This document shows, piece after piece, positions 27,321-39,283 of a stretch of DNA of 64,000 nucleotides. The notes beneath the pieces are model-generated. The model made no database searches. It had not been told where the DNA came from and saw only the letters and a program-made list of their open reading frames with translations. This DNA is from Candidatus Latescibacterota bacterium (GTDB lineage Bacteria > Latescibacterota > UBA2968 > UBA8231), in contig OZ253462.1 of NCBI GenBank assembly GCA_965261395.1, forward strand, positions 6,016,001-6,080,000. The letters run 5' to 3'. A program made the position numbers and the translations under genes. Every line of letters starts with the position of its first letter. Positions within the stretch are counted from its first letter, which is position 1.

Positions 27321-29387
27321 TCAGCCACCAGAGGAGGAGATGGTGATGCGCACTATGTCGGCCACAGCCGGATAAGTGAACCCATCGTCCACTAATTGCA
27401 CCGCGCCCCCTTCGTCTGCGCCGGTGTTGGCAGCGGCTTGACGCGGCGCTTGGTTTTCGCCCACGCCCGGCTCCTCGTTGACTTCGGTGCCGGCATCCCA
27501 CAATCCGATCTGAGCGGTGATGTCGTCGCTTATCGGCTGGCCATCGATGAACAGCGCAATGCCGGTTTCATCCGGTGCCAAGAACAGGTCGTTGGATTGC
27601 ACGTACATGGTGGCGAAAGACAGCCGGTCGCCGGGACGGGCCGTGAAGGTGAACTCATAGGCGTTGCCCGGCGTTAGCGGGCCAGGGCCGTCGGCTCCTA
27701 CCGGCGTGGCGAAGACGCCGCTGTTTGTGGGAAGGCTCGCGGCTAGCTGCGCCGGATTGCCATCCTCGGCAAGCGCTTCGAGTCCAGCGCCGCGATCGGG
27801 CTGACCATCGATGAAGAGGGGCGTTCCACCGCGCTGGGCGACCCACGCGCCTGGCGCGAGGAGGGTGCCGATGTTTTCGATCCGCACGGTGAATTGCGCT
27901 GCCACGCGCGGTTCAGCCAAGCCAGCAGCCGGATCGGAAGAGAGGGTCCGCGCGGAAGTGATGGTCACCTCAGAGCTATCGTCGCCGTCGGTATCGCCGT
28001 CGCCGTCGGTATCGCCGTCGCTGTCGGTATCACTGTCGCCGTCAGTATCACCGTCGCCGTCGGTATCACTGTCGCCGTCGGTATCACTGTCGCCGTCAGT
28101 ATCACTGTCGCCGTCGGTATCACTGTCGCCGTCGGTATCACCGTCGCTGTCGGAATCACTGTCGCCGTCGGTATCACCGTCGCCGTCCATGTCACCTGCC
28201 GCCGCGATGATAGAACTGATGTCGTAAGGCACCCCAACGGTAATGGTGCCGCTCAAGGATGGCTCGTCTCCAGACACATCAACCAGAATGTCTAACGATA
28301 CCGCAGCATCGAACGCACCGGAAGCGGTTATCTCGCCAGTTATGGGAATGATCGGGAACTGATCTTTGCCCACGTTCAGGGTGCCGTTGAGCACCAGCAG
28401 CCCGTCGGACGAATAATCCGTTAGCACCCACTCGTTGCCCGCGATGGCCAATGTGCCACTGCTGGTGCCGTCAATCGTCGCCTCATCCGAGGTCAGCGCG
28501 ACCAACAGGGCGTTCTGAAAATAGCTTATCAGCGCATTGGTCAGGGCTAGGACATCGGGTGCTATCGCAGCCTCGGACCCGGTTAGGCCGTCGTCCACGT
28601 CGCCTTCGCCTGTGTCCTCACCTGCGTCTTCCCCTGCTTCTATAAACGCACCGCCTATGGAGGTGACGGTGATACTCACGATGTCGGCCACGGCCGGATA
28701 GGTGAACCCATCGTCCACTAAGCGCACCGTCCCGCCTTCGTCCGCGCCGGTATTGGCACCGGCCTGACGCGGCGCTTGGTTTTCGCCCACGCCCGGCTCC
28801 TCATTGACTTCTGTGCCCGCATCCCACAGGTCGATCTGAGCGGTGATGTCGCCGCTTATCGGCAGGCCGTCGGTGAACAGCTCGATACCGGTCTCGTCTG
28901 GCGCTAAGAACAGGTCGTTGGATTGCACGTACATGGTGGCGAAAGACAGCCGGTCGCCCGGACGGGCAACGAAGGTGAATTCATAGGCGTTGCCCGGCGT
29001 CAGCGGGCCGGGGCTGTCGGCCCCCACTGGCGTGTTGAAAATCCTGCTGTTTGGATGGAGGCTCGCGGCTAGCTGTGCCGGATTGCCGTCTTCGGCGAGT
29101 GCTTCGAGTCCAGCGCCGCGATCGGGCTGGCCATCGGTGAAGAAGGGCGTGCCGCCGCGCTGGGCGACCCACGCGCCTGGAGCGAGGAGGGTGCCGATGT
29201 TTTCGATCCGCACCGTGAATTGCGCTGCCACGCGCGGTTCAGGCAAGCCGGCGGTCGGATCGGAAGAGGCCGTCGCCTTGCCTGCTTTATACGCGGTAGA
29301 TGGGTCTGCGGTGGATGAAAGAGGATCTCGGTCTGCACAGGCGGCGAACAAGACAGCCGCAGCACAGGCGACGTAAAGTAGTTTCAT
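27321..29387 (-). CDS. Lipoprotein with two spondin_N-like domains and an Asp-rich repeat linker
   Basis: Lipobox FAAC. The block GLEALAEDGNP..RLSFATMYVQSNDLFLAP..WDAGTEVNEEPGVG occurs twice. DTDGDS repeats lie between. Confidence 0.85.
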   Translation of the reverse strand: MKLLYVACAAAVLFAACADRDPLSSTADPSTAYKAGKATASSDPTAGLPEPRVAAQFTVRIENIGTLLAPGAWVAQRGGTPFFTDGQPDRGAGLEALAEDGNPAQLAASLHPNSRIFNTPVGADSPGPLTPGNAYEFTFVARPGDRLSFATMYVQSNDLFLAPDETGIELFTDGLPISGDITAQIDLWDAGTEVNEEPGVGENQAPRQAGANTGADEGGTVRLVDDGFTYPAVADIVSITVTSIGGAFIEAGEDAGEDTGEGDVDDGLTGSEAAIAPDVLALTNALISYFQNALLVALTSDEATIDGTSSGTLAIAGNEWVLTDYSSDGLLVLNGTLNVGKDQFPIIPITGEITASGAFDAAVSLDILVDVSGDEPSLSGTITVGVPYDISSIIAAAGDMDGDGDTDGDSDSDSDGDTDGDSDTDGDSDTDGDSDTDGDSDTDGDGDTDGDSDTDSDGDTDGDGDTDGDDSSEVTITSARTLSSDPAAGLAEPRVAAQFTVRIENIGTLLAPGAWVAQRGGTPLFIDGQPDRGAGLEALAEDGNPAQLAASLPTNSGVFATPVGADGPGPLTPGNAYEFTFTARPGDRLSFATMYVQSNDLFLAPDETGIALFIDGQPISDDITAQIGLWDAGTEVNEEPGVGENQAPRQAAANTGADEGGAVQLVDDGFTYPAVADIVRITISSSGG
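27355..29268. repeat. ~590-bp internal direct repeat (27355-27942 and 28681-29268, offset 1326 bp)
   Basis: Near-identical DNA encoding the two spondin domains. Confidence 0.9.
27981..28190. repeat. 18-bp period minisatellite encoding (DTDGD[S/G])n
   Basis: About 11 copies of GTCGCCGTCGGTATCACT-like units. Confidence 0.92.
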
Positions 29388-29463
29388 GGGAAATTCTCCT
29401 TGAAAAGGGTTTATGGGTTCCTATTTATAAAGACTCACATAGAAGTTACATAGTTTCAACGAG

Positions 29464-30612
29464 CTACGCCTCACTATAAACCTGCGTCCACGCACCGCTA
29501 TTGTTGGACGATTCTACTGCGGCCGCGACGAATTTCATGCCCGCTACGCCCTCTGCCACGCCCGGGTGCGGAAACGCCGCGGGTACGTCCTGTTCGCCAC
29601 GGCGCGTGCGGATGTGCCGCTCGATGGTGGTGTGGAGGTTGGCGAGGGCCGGGAAGAAGTCTTCGTGGTGTCCCGAGGGCACCCGCAAGTACGAGGCAAC
29701 CGACTCGGGTAGACCAAATTCAGCGCCAATCCAATAGGTAATGTCGCGGCCATCGCCGTGGCGCACTAGCAGGCATTCGGCCCGCTCCTGATGCCATTCG
29801 ATAGAGCCTTTGGTGCCGAAGACGCGGAAGCCGTTGTCGTTGCGGTAGCCAACCGCGATCTGCGTGGCCGTGATCAGCGCGGTGCCGCCGTTTTCCAGTT
29901 CGCCGATCACGTTGAAGTCGTCGTCGAGTACGCGGCCTTCGACAAAAGTGTTGAGCCGCGCCGAGACCTGCTCGACGGCCAGCCCGGTCACCCAAGTCGC
30001 GGCGATGAAGGCGTGCGTACCAATGTCGCCGCCGCAATTGGAAATACCCGTGCGCTCGGGATCGGTGCGCCAAGACGCCTGCTGCTGGCCGGTCTGTTCC
30101 AGTGCCGTGGCCAGCCAGCCCTGATGGTACCAAGAATCCACCTTGCGGACTTGGCCGATCTCGCCGCTTTGGATCATTTCCTTGGCCAGCATCATCATGG
30201 GATGGCCCGTATAGGTATGGGCCAGCACAAAGGGCACAGACTCGCGCTCGACGAGCTGTGCCAAGTCTTCGGCTTCGGCGACCGTCATGGTAATCGGCTT
30301 TTCGCAGAGCACTGGGATGCCGGCCTGCAAAAAGGCTTTGGCTGGTTCGTAGTGGGCGAAGTTGGGGGTGACGATGGTAACGTAATCGAGGGCTTGCTCG
30401 CCGCTTTGCACCGCCGCTAGCAGCGCTTGGTAGGTGGGATAACCCTGGATGCCGTAGTCGTCGGCAGCGAGCAGCGCCGCCTCGGGGCTAGAGCGCAGCG
30501 CGCCGGCGACCAATTCGCGGCTGGCGTCGAGCGCAATGGCGCGGTTGTGGACCATGCCGAAAAAAGAATCGGGGCCACCGCCGCCGATCATGCCTACTTT
30601 GAGTTTGCTCAT
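29464..30612 (-). CDS. Gfo/Idh/MocA family oxidoreductase
   Basis: MSKLKVGMIGGG, IVTPNFAH, CEKP and GDIGTHA. Confidence 0.9.
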   Translation of the reverse strand: MSKLKVGMIGGGGPDSFFGMVHNRAIALDASRELVAGALRSSPEAALLAADDYGIQGYPTYQALLAAVQSGEQALDYVTIVTPNFAHYEPAKAFLQAGIPVLCEKPITMTVAEAEDLAQLVERESVPFVLAHTYTGHPMMMLAKEMIQSGEIGQVRKVDSWYHQGWLATALEQTGQQQASWRTDPERTGISNCGGDIGTHAFIAATWVTGLAVEQVSARLNTFVEGRVLDDDFNVIGELENGGTALITATQIAVGYRNDNGFRVFGTKGSIEWHQERAECLLVRHGDGRDITYWIGAEFGLPESVASYLRVPSGHHEDFFPALANLHTTIERHIRTRRGEQDVPAAFPHPGVAEGVAGMKFVAAAVESSNNSGAWTQVYSEA

Positions 30613-30692
30613 GGAATTCTCTCCCCAAAATGTATTATTGAAGTACTCTTTTAAGTACGCATGAGGGCCTAAAGCTGTCAAACGATGCGGTG

Positions 30693-33224
30693 CTATTTGA
30701 GCAGCACCATCGGCCGTGCTTGATAGAAGGGCCCAGCGGCGAACCAATAGAAATAAATACCCGTCGCCACAGCGCTACCCCGGTCGTCTTGGCCATCCCA
30801 AGTCACCCAGTGCGTCCCCGCCGCCTGCGTCGCATGGACAAGTTGGCGCACCGGCTGGCCGATGGCGTTGAATACGGTCAGCCGCACCCGCGCCTCCCGC
30901 GGCAAGCGATAGGCAATTTTCGTCTCTGCGTTGAAGGGATTCGGGAAACTGTGCAAAAGCGCGAAGGCCTCCGGCAACGCGGTCGGCGCACCAGCCACGA
31001 CGATCGCGAAGGTATCCCGCCACATCGGGACGCCGTCTTTTTCGACGCGTACTGCAAATTCTACTTCAGCTCCGGGCGCGGCCTCCTCACTCAGGGTCAG
31101 GCCTTGGCCGAAGAAGAAGACATCCTTTTCGCCTGGGGGAAAGGAAAGAGTGCGCGAGCGGCCAACACCGCTGGACGGATGCAGCAGCGGGTCATCCCAC
31201 TCGATAAAGGTACGCACATTGGTGAAAAAGGTTAGTGGCAAGCGATTTTCGACCTTCAGGGCTAGTGGGATCCGCACCCCCGGCGCAAAGATGCCGCGGC
31301 CAGCGGCTTCTTCGGTTTGTGCAGAGAGAAAGCCCCGAATCACCAAATTTTCCGCCGCAGGTGCCCCTTCGACCACTAGGCCGCGCACCGCGTCAACAAT
31401 CTCGTAGTTGCCGATGGGAAAGGTCAGTTCGCTTGTCGGGCTTGGCGCGATAAAAATTCCGGCCCACTCCTCTCCCGGGACCGCGGCCAGAAAGCGCGTA
31501 GTATCGGGACTGACGTGTGGGATATTGGAAATCTGCGAGACTGCGGCCGCGCGGATGACAAAGTCGCCGTGGACGTGAATCTCGGTTCGTTCTGGATCCA
31601 ATCCCATCTGCAAGCGGTCCGATCCGGCCACCCTGATCTGGGTGTTGCGGAAAACCACTAGTCGGCCTTCAGGAGCAACTGTCAGATCGCCATCGATCAG
31701 CACCTCTCCCGCCCAATGCACCTCCTCTCGCAACACCCCGCCCCAGCGCGGCATCACCACATCTAGCGCCAATCCGTCTCCGTCCGTCCGCATATTTTGC
31801 AGTGTTAGGCCCGTGGTAGCTTCGCCGAGTGTCGGCGTAGCCAGCGTCGAGGGGTTGGTCCCGACAGCGAGACGGCGATAGCGCACCCCATCGAATAGAT
31901 CACTCGCGTCGCCGAGATTGCCACCACGAGCACGGGCGTAAGAAGCGTCGTGCGCCCAGAAGTCGAGATTGTCGCGCCCGGCGAAGCGGTCGGACGTCTG
32001 TCCCACGGAAAAGCCGGCGTCGGCATATAGCCCGTCGGCTGCAATTAGGTCGAGATGCTTGCGTCGTTCGTCGTCGTTGTCGAAGACTTGGGGCCTGACA
32101 TGCCAGACCAACAGACCGGAGGCGGGCTCGCCTCGGTGGTAGTAGTAGTCTTCCCGACCGCGGTATTCTAGCAGCAAATATTCCGTCCATAGGGTGTTAT
32201 TATTCGGCGTCTCGGCGCGCAGCGGGATCTTGTATATCGCGCCGCCGGAATACAAATCGCGCACCCGTAGATCCCAACTATCGCGCTCGACCAAGATCAG
32301 CCGTTCGTTTTCCGCGCCGATCCAACCCAATTGCTCTAGACTGCGGGCGCTGAAGGCCACCGGACCGCTAGCGCCGTCCCAGCCGTGTGCCCCCCAGCCC
32401 ATTAACCCCCAGCGGCCAATGCCGGCGCTGTCTTCGGCCGGATCTTGGGCGGGGTCTTTGAAAAAGGAGGTGTCAAAAAAATCGGGCAGTCCTAGGCTGT
32501 GCCCGAACTCATGGGCCATCACCCCCACGGTCTGGGCGAAATTGCCCGTCTCCTGAATCGCTCCTTGCGCCGGTAAGCCGCTGACGCGGATGGGGCTGCC
32601 GTCACTGCCAATCGCCCGGGATACAAAGGGTTTTTCGTCCAAGCCCAAGCTCGCCAACCCCGTTGCCGAGCTAAACAAAAAGCCATTGGGCACCGACTGC
32701 ATGTTGATGAAGATATAATCAACCCAGCCGTCGTCATCGCCGGAGTTGGGTACGCCGTCGGGGCCGTCGTTGTCAAAGCGCGCTAAGTCAACGTAGGCAT
32801 CGACTTGGGCGAGGATCTCGCGCGCGAAATCTCCGTAGCGACCGCGATGGCTCGGGGCATCGGCCAAATAGGCGGATGCCGGTTGTGAGGCGGCGAAGCG
32901 TCGCGGCAGAACCTCGCCGGCGATTGCGAGTTGACCGAAGGACATCGAGTGATAGAAATGGGCAAAGCTCCCCTCGCGCTCGGCGGCGAAGAGCTGGTCG
33001 GCCCACTCGGGCACCGGCGTGGGTTCTTCGTCGGCGAAGCGAGCGAAGACCGTCAGGATGTAAACTGGTTCCCTAGCGGGCAGTACGGACAGCCGCACAT
33101 CGGCGGCGATTTTGGCGGCGGGGAGCGGCTCGTCCGGCGCGTGTCCGGCACAGAGAAATGCCTGAGCTCTGAGAGTAGAGACCGCGCAGACGGTAATGCA
33201 GCAAGCAATCAGCAAATGTCTCAA
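30693..33224 (-). CDS. M6 (immune inhibitor A-like) metalloprotease with C-terminal FlgD/T9SS-like domain
   Basis: HEFGHSLGLPD and WGLMGWG. C-terminal FPNPFNAET.I.Y.LP..WDGQDDRG..VATGIYFY. Confidence 0.85.
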   Translation of the reverse strand: MRHLLIACCITVCAVSTLRAQAFLCAGHAPDEPLPAAKIAADVRLSVLPAREPVYILTVFARFADEEPTPVPEWADQLFAAEREGSFAHFYHSMSFGQLAIAGEVLPRRFAASQPASAYLADAPSHRGRYGDFAREILAQVDAYVDLARFDNDGPDGVPNSGDDDGWVDYIFINMQSVPNGFLFSSATGLASLGLDEKPFVSRAIGSDGSPIRVSGLPAQGAIQETGNFAQTVGVMAHEFGHSLGLPDFFDTSFFKDPAQDPAEDSAGIGRWGLMGWGAHGWDGASGPVAFSARSLEQLGWIGAENERLILVERDSWDLRVRDLYSGGAIYKIPLRAETPNNNTLWTEYLLLEYRGREDYYYHRGEPASGLLVWHVRPQVFDNDDERRKHLDLIAADGLYADAGFSVGQTSDRFAGRDNLDFWAHDASYARARGGNLGDASDLFDGVRYRRLAVGTNPSTLATPTLGEATTGLTLQNMRTDGDGLALDVVMPRWGGVLREEVHWAGEVLIDGDLTVAPEGRLVVFRNTQIRVAGSDRLQMGLDPERTEIHVHGDFVIRAAAVSQISNIPHVSPDTTRFLAAVPGEEWAGIFIAPSPTSELTFPIGNYEIVDAVRGLVVEGAPAAENLVIRGFLSAQTEEAAGRGIFAPGVRIPLALKVENRLPLTFFTNVRTFIEWDDPLLHPSSGVGRSRTLSFPPGEKDVFFFGQGLTLSEEAAPGAEVEFAVRVEKDGVPMWRDTFAIVVAGAPTALPEAFALLHSFPNPFNAETKIAYRLPREARVRLTVFNAIGQPVRQLVHATQAAGTHWVTWDGQDDRGSAVATGIYFYWFAAGPFYQARPMVLLK

Positions 33225-33279
33225 GCTAGGTCTCGCTAGTCTTTTGATCTATTTGGCCCGCTAGGAGAGGCGTAGCCTC

Positions 33280-34062
33280 TTATGGCACTCGCATCACTCC
33301 CGCAGGTAGCCCTTGTTGCAATTGGCTGGCGGCCAACCCGCTGTTGAAGGCATAGCGTTTGTAAACCAACACCAGCGAGACATCGGCTTGGCGTATTTCC
33401 ACCCGGCGTGGCAAGTAAAGCGCGTCCTGCCGGCGGTATTCTCCTAGCTCGCGGAGCAGGACATCGCCCTCGGGCAGCGGGATGCTCTCGCGCAACACCA
33501 AGCCGCGGCCTAGGTCCAGCCACGCCCGCCGCCCGCCTGTGAGCGCAACCACTGCTTGGTCGGTGCCCGGGTACTCGATCGGCTCGACTATGGAACCCGG
33601 CTCGACGAGGCCGAGCAAGGCGTAGCGCAGATCGCATGTCCCGAAATCCAGCCCGGTCAGCGTGGTCAGCAGCCGGCCGCGCACCGTTCCTTTTAGGGGC
33701 TGGTCCATGCCCCGGCCGTACACGGTCAGGCTGTCGCCTTCGAGCAGGGCCGTAAAAATGTGGGTGAAAAAGGGGCCGCGCACTTCGACGCGGAAGAGGT
33801 CTGGATTGATTAGCTGCACGAGAGCCGTACCCCGATCGCGCAGCGCGCCGCGCCGCAGCTCAATGGCCGCTTCCGCCGTCAGATCTTCGAACTGGGCGAG
33901 GGACGCCGAGGCGGCGAGTAAGGCGGCCGGCCCTTGGGCCGCATCCCAACCCTCGCGCACCACCGGCGGCGGCGCGCAAGCTAGCGCTAGGGCGCAGAGC
34001 GCGAACCACTTAGAAGCTGTCTGGAAATTCCGGGTGCGCCCCAAGCGCGAGGCATGAATCAT
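33280..34062 (-). CDS. LolB/DUF4292-like lipoprotein
   Basis: Lipobox LALAC, PDLFRVEVRGPF and LPRRVEI. ATGA-coupled to the TPR gene. Confidence 0.6.
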   Translation of the reverse strand: MIHASRLGRTRNFQTASKWFALCALALACAPPPVVREGWDAAQGPAALLAASASLAQFEDLTAEAAIELRRGALRDRGTALVQLINPDLFRVEVRGPFFTHIFTALLEGDSLTVYGRGMDQPLKGTVRGRLLTTLTGLDFGTCDLRYALLGLVEPGSIVEPIEYPGTDQAVVALTGGRRAWLDLGRGLVLRESIPLPEGDVLLRELGEYRRQDALYLPRRVEIRQADVSLVLVYKRYAFNSGLAASQLQQGLPAGVMRVP

Positions 34063-35936
34063 GGCAGCAGCTTGCGCCGGACCTCTTCTTTGTCGGGCGC
34101 GAGTTCCAGCACCTTCTGCCAATGCGCGCGCGCTTCGTCCGTTTTCCCGAGGGCGCTGGCAATGTCGCCGGCGTGGTCGAAGATTACGGCCAGTTCTTCG
34201 GGATCGTCCTCGTCCATATGCTCCAAGGCTTGTTGCAGGTAGTCCTCGGCCTGCGCTAGCTCCCCGAGGCGGAAATAGGCCCAGCCGATGCTGTCGAGGA
34301 ACGCGCTGTTGTCCGGCACGAGCGCGATCGCCTGCTCCAAGAGCGCGACCGCCTCTGTCAGCCGCACGCCCTTGTCCGCGTACATGTAGCCGAGGTAGTT
34401 GAGGGCGTAGGCATCGTTTGGCTCAATCTCCAACAGGCGTTGGAAGGTCTCTACGGCACGGTCGAAGTACTCGTCACGGCCCAGTTTGCTCGAAGCCTGC
34501 TCATAGCAGGAGCCGAGGTAAAAGAGCACGCGGCTCTTGTCGTTGGCGAGCGCAACGGCCTGTGCCAGCTTCTCAAGCGCCGCTTCCCAGCGCTCCAATT
34601 CCTCTAGCGCGATGCCCCAGTGCAAAAAGGTCGGGCTGTACGCGGAATCGAGCGCAGCCGCTGTTTCGTATTGGGCCAGTGCGTCTTCCCACTGCCCCTG
34701 CCGCCCCAAACTGATGCCCCACCGCACGTGCAATGCGGCTTGGTCCGGGGATACGGCGAGTGCTTGGCGATAGACGCCAATCGCCTCCTCCCAAGCGTCT
34801 TGCTGTTCTAGCGCGAGTCCCCAGTACAGATATAGATCAACCGCGTCGGGCAGGTGCTCAAGGCCGCGCTGGTACACGGCGATGGCCTCGTCGTAGCGCC
34901 CGGTGCTCTCTAGGGCCGTCCCCCAGTATAGGTAAATCTCGCTGCTGTCGGGCATGGCCTCTGCTGCTTGGCCGAGAACGGTGGTGGCGGAGTCGTAATC
35001 CTCCAAGTAGATATAGTAGCGCGCTAGGTCGGTCCACTGCTCGACCGTTTGGGGCTGCATCTCGACGATGCGCTTAAAGACCAGCGTCGCTTGGTCGTAC
35101 TCTCCGGCCTCGGACAGGGCCATTCCCAAGTGGTAGAGCACTTTGGCATCCTCTTCGGCGAGAATTTCCTCTAGGTCGTGCTCGGTGACCATCAGCCGCG
35201 CCAAGTAGTAGGGGACGCTGCTGTCGGGCAGGTGGCCGGCGGCCTCTCGGTAGATGACGATGGCCTCGTGGCGGTACCCATGCGCCAACTTGAGTTCGGC
35301 TAGTCCCAGCCAGGCGTCCTCGATCGTGGGATCAGCCGCGAGCACCCGGCGGTAGATGCGCTCGGCCTCTTCTTGCAGGCCGATGCGAGAAAAAATGCTA
35401 GCTATGTCCACCTCGACCCTTGGCGGCACTTGCTCTTGGGCGAGCACCTCCTTGAAGAGCCGGACGATGCGCTCGGTTTGGCCCGATTCAAAGTAGAGAT
35501 AGGCCAAGTGGCGGTAGAGCGGCCAATTGGCCGACTCGTAACGCAGCAGTTCTTCGATGTGGTCAATGGCACCCTCGCGGTCGCCTTCGTGCTCCAATAT
35601 CCGAATCAACAGGCGGCGCAACCCCACTAGGCTGTCATCCAATGCCAAGCCCTTGCGCGCAAAGTGGGCGGCCATATGGGAGTCGTCGATGCGCTGGTAG
35701 TTGTAGGCAAGGCGGGCGTAGATGGTGGGCGAAGCCGGGTCGAGATCGGCCGCGCTGCGCAGGGCGACTATCGCGCCGAGGTAGTTGTGTTGGGCTTCAA
35801 AGACCTTGGCCTTGATGAAGTATTGCATGGCTGGGACGGTCGGCTCTGCGGACGCGGGCGCGTTGGGGCCCCGCAGACCTGCGCAGCCGACCGCTGACAG
35901 CGCGAGGGCGCAGAGTAGGGGGAGGCTATGTTTCAT
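34059..35936 (-). CDS. Tetratricopeptide repeat lipoprotein
   Basis: Lipobox AVGC and many TPRs. The C-terminal ALNYLGY..FLDSIGWAYFRLG..HAGD is typical of TPR genes preceding lolB-like genes. Confidence 0.88.
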   Translation of the reverse strand: MKHSLPLLCALALSAVGCAGLRGPNAPASAEPTVPAMQYFIKAKVFEAQHNYLGAIVALRSAADLDPASPTIYARLAYNYQRIDDSHMAAHFARKGLALDDSLVGLRRLLIRILEHEGDREGAIDHIEELLRYESANWPLYRHLAYLYFESGQTERIVRLFKEVLAQEQVPPRVEVDIASIFSRIGLQEEAERIYRRVLAADPTIEDAWLGLAELKLAHGYRHEAIVIYREAAGHLPDSSVPYYLARLMVTEHDLEEILAEEDAKVLYHLGMALSEAGEYDQATLVFKRIVEMQPQTVEQWTDLARYYIYLEDYDSATTVLGQAAEAMPDSSEIYLYWGTALESTGRYDEAIAVYQRGLEHLPDAVDLYLYWGLALEQQDAWEEAIGVYRQALAVSPDQAALHVRWGISLGRQGQWEDALAQYETAAALDSAYSPTFLHWGIALEELERWEAALEKLAQAVALANDKSRVLFYLGSCYEQASSKLGRDEYFDRAVETFQRLLEIEPNDAYALNYLGYMYADKGVRLTEAVALLEQAIALVPDNSAFLDSIGWAYFRLGELAQAEDYLQQALEHMDEDDPEELAVIFDHAGDIASALGKTDEARAHWQKVLELAPDKEEVRRKLLP

Positions 35937-35952
35937 AATTCTCAACTCCCCA

Positions 35953-36801
35953 TTAGGTGATTTTTGGATCCAAGGCGTCTCTAAGCCCGTCGCCAAAGAG
36001 GTTGAGCGCCAAGACGACCGCGAAGATGGCCAGCCCGGGAAAGGCCATGACCCAAGGCGCTTGCAAGAGCAGTTCGCGTCCCCCGGATAGCATGGCTCCC
36101 CACTCGGGGGTCGGCGGCTGGGCCCCCAAGCCCAAAAAGCTCAACCCGGCCGCATCGAGGATGGCCGTGCCCAAGCTGAGCGTGGCTTGCACGATGAGCG
36201 GGACTGTGCAGTTGGGTAAGATGCTGTAGAACAGCAGCCGCGATTCGCTCGCCCCCAGCGCGCGCGCAGCCTCGACGTATGTGGCCTCGCGCACGGTCAA
36301 CACCGAGGAGCGCATGAGGCGGGCAAATTGCGGCACCAACACGATGCTGACGGCGAGAATGGCGTTGTCGATGCCCGGCCCGGTGACGGCGACGATGGCA
36401 ATGGCCAATAGGATGCTGGGGAACGCCAGCATCAGATCCATCAGCCGCATGATGAGCATGTCGGCGACCCCGCCGCGATACCCAGCCACGAGACCGAGCA
36501 AGGTTCCGGTGGAAGCGGCCAGCGAGATGGCGACCAGCCCGATCCGCAATGAGATGCGGGCCCCGTACACGATGCGGCTGAAGATGTCGCGGCCGAAATC
36601 GTCCGTTCCCAGCCAATGGCTCACCGACGGCGGCTGCAAGCGCGCATAGAGATTTTGCGCCAGTGGATCGTATGGTGCCAACAGCGGTGCCAGCACCGCG
36701 ACGATAGACGCGCCCATCAAGACCCCGCCGCCGATCAGCGCGAGCCGCTGTTTGCCGAGCCGCCGCAGTTCGCTGGTGACGTGTGAAATTATCTCAAGCA
36801 T
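35953..36801 (-). CDS. dppC: Peptide ABC transporter permease (DppC-like)
   Basis: HWLGTDDFGRDIFSRIVYGARISL, YVEAARALG and LSFLGLGAQPPTPEWG. Confidence 0.9.
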   Translation of the reverse strand: MLEIISHVTSELRRLGKQRLALIGGGVLMGASIVAVLAPLLAPYDPLAQNLYARLQPPSVSHWLGTDDFGRDIFSRIVYGARISLRIGLVAISLAASTGTLLGLVAGYRGGVADMLIMRLMDLMLAFPSILLAIAIVAVTGPGIDNAILAVSIVLVPQFARLMRSSVLTVREATYVEAARALGASESRLLFYSILPNCTVPLIVQATLSLGTAILDAAGLSFLGLGAQPPTPEWGAMLSGGRELLLQAPWVMAFPGLAIFAVVLALNLFGDGLRDALDPKIT

Positions 36802-36863
36802 TGGGGATGGTTCTGGCCAATAGCCCTGATGCACTCCGACTTTGGGCGCGTATTAGCATCGCT

Positions 36864-39047
<2,184 letters not shown>

Positions 39048-39283
39048 GATTACACTCGCTCAGAGTTGAACATCTAAGAGAGAAGATAGGCCAATTTGGA
39101 GGAAAGGTATAGGGCGTCCACAAGGGAGAGGGTTGGCCCACTGCTACCGGAGATTTCAGTGATTGTGGAATGGCGCGGTAGGTAGTTTTGGACGCGCACG
39201 ACGCGAATGCAGATGAGAATGGCTGCACTGCTTTTTAGGAGATAGGTTATATTTTTTTAAAATAACCCGACCTATTTCGACTA

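Noticed and set aside
27981-28190. CRISPR or non-coding repeat array
   Set aside because: These are contiguous 18-bp units without unique spacers, coding in frame for an Asp-rich linker.
39246-39268. Imperfect palindrome GGTTAT-N11-ATAACC upstream of the DprE1-like gene
   Set aside because: The arms are short, in AT-rich DNA, with no second copy; I cannot support a regulator assignment.
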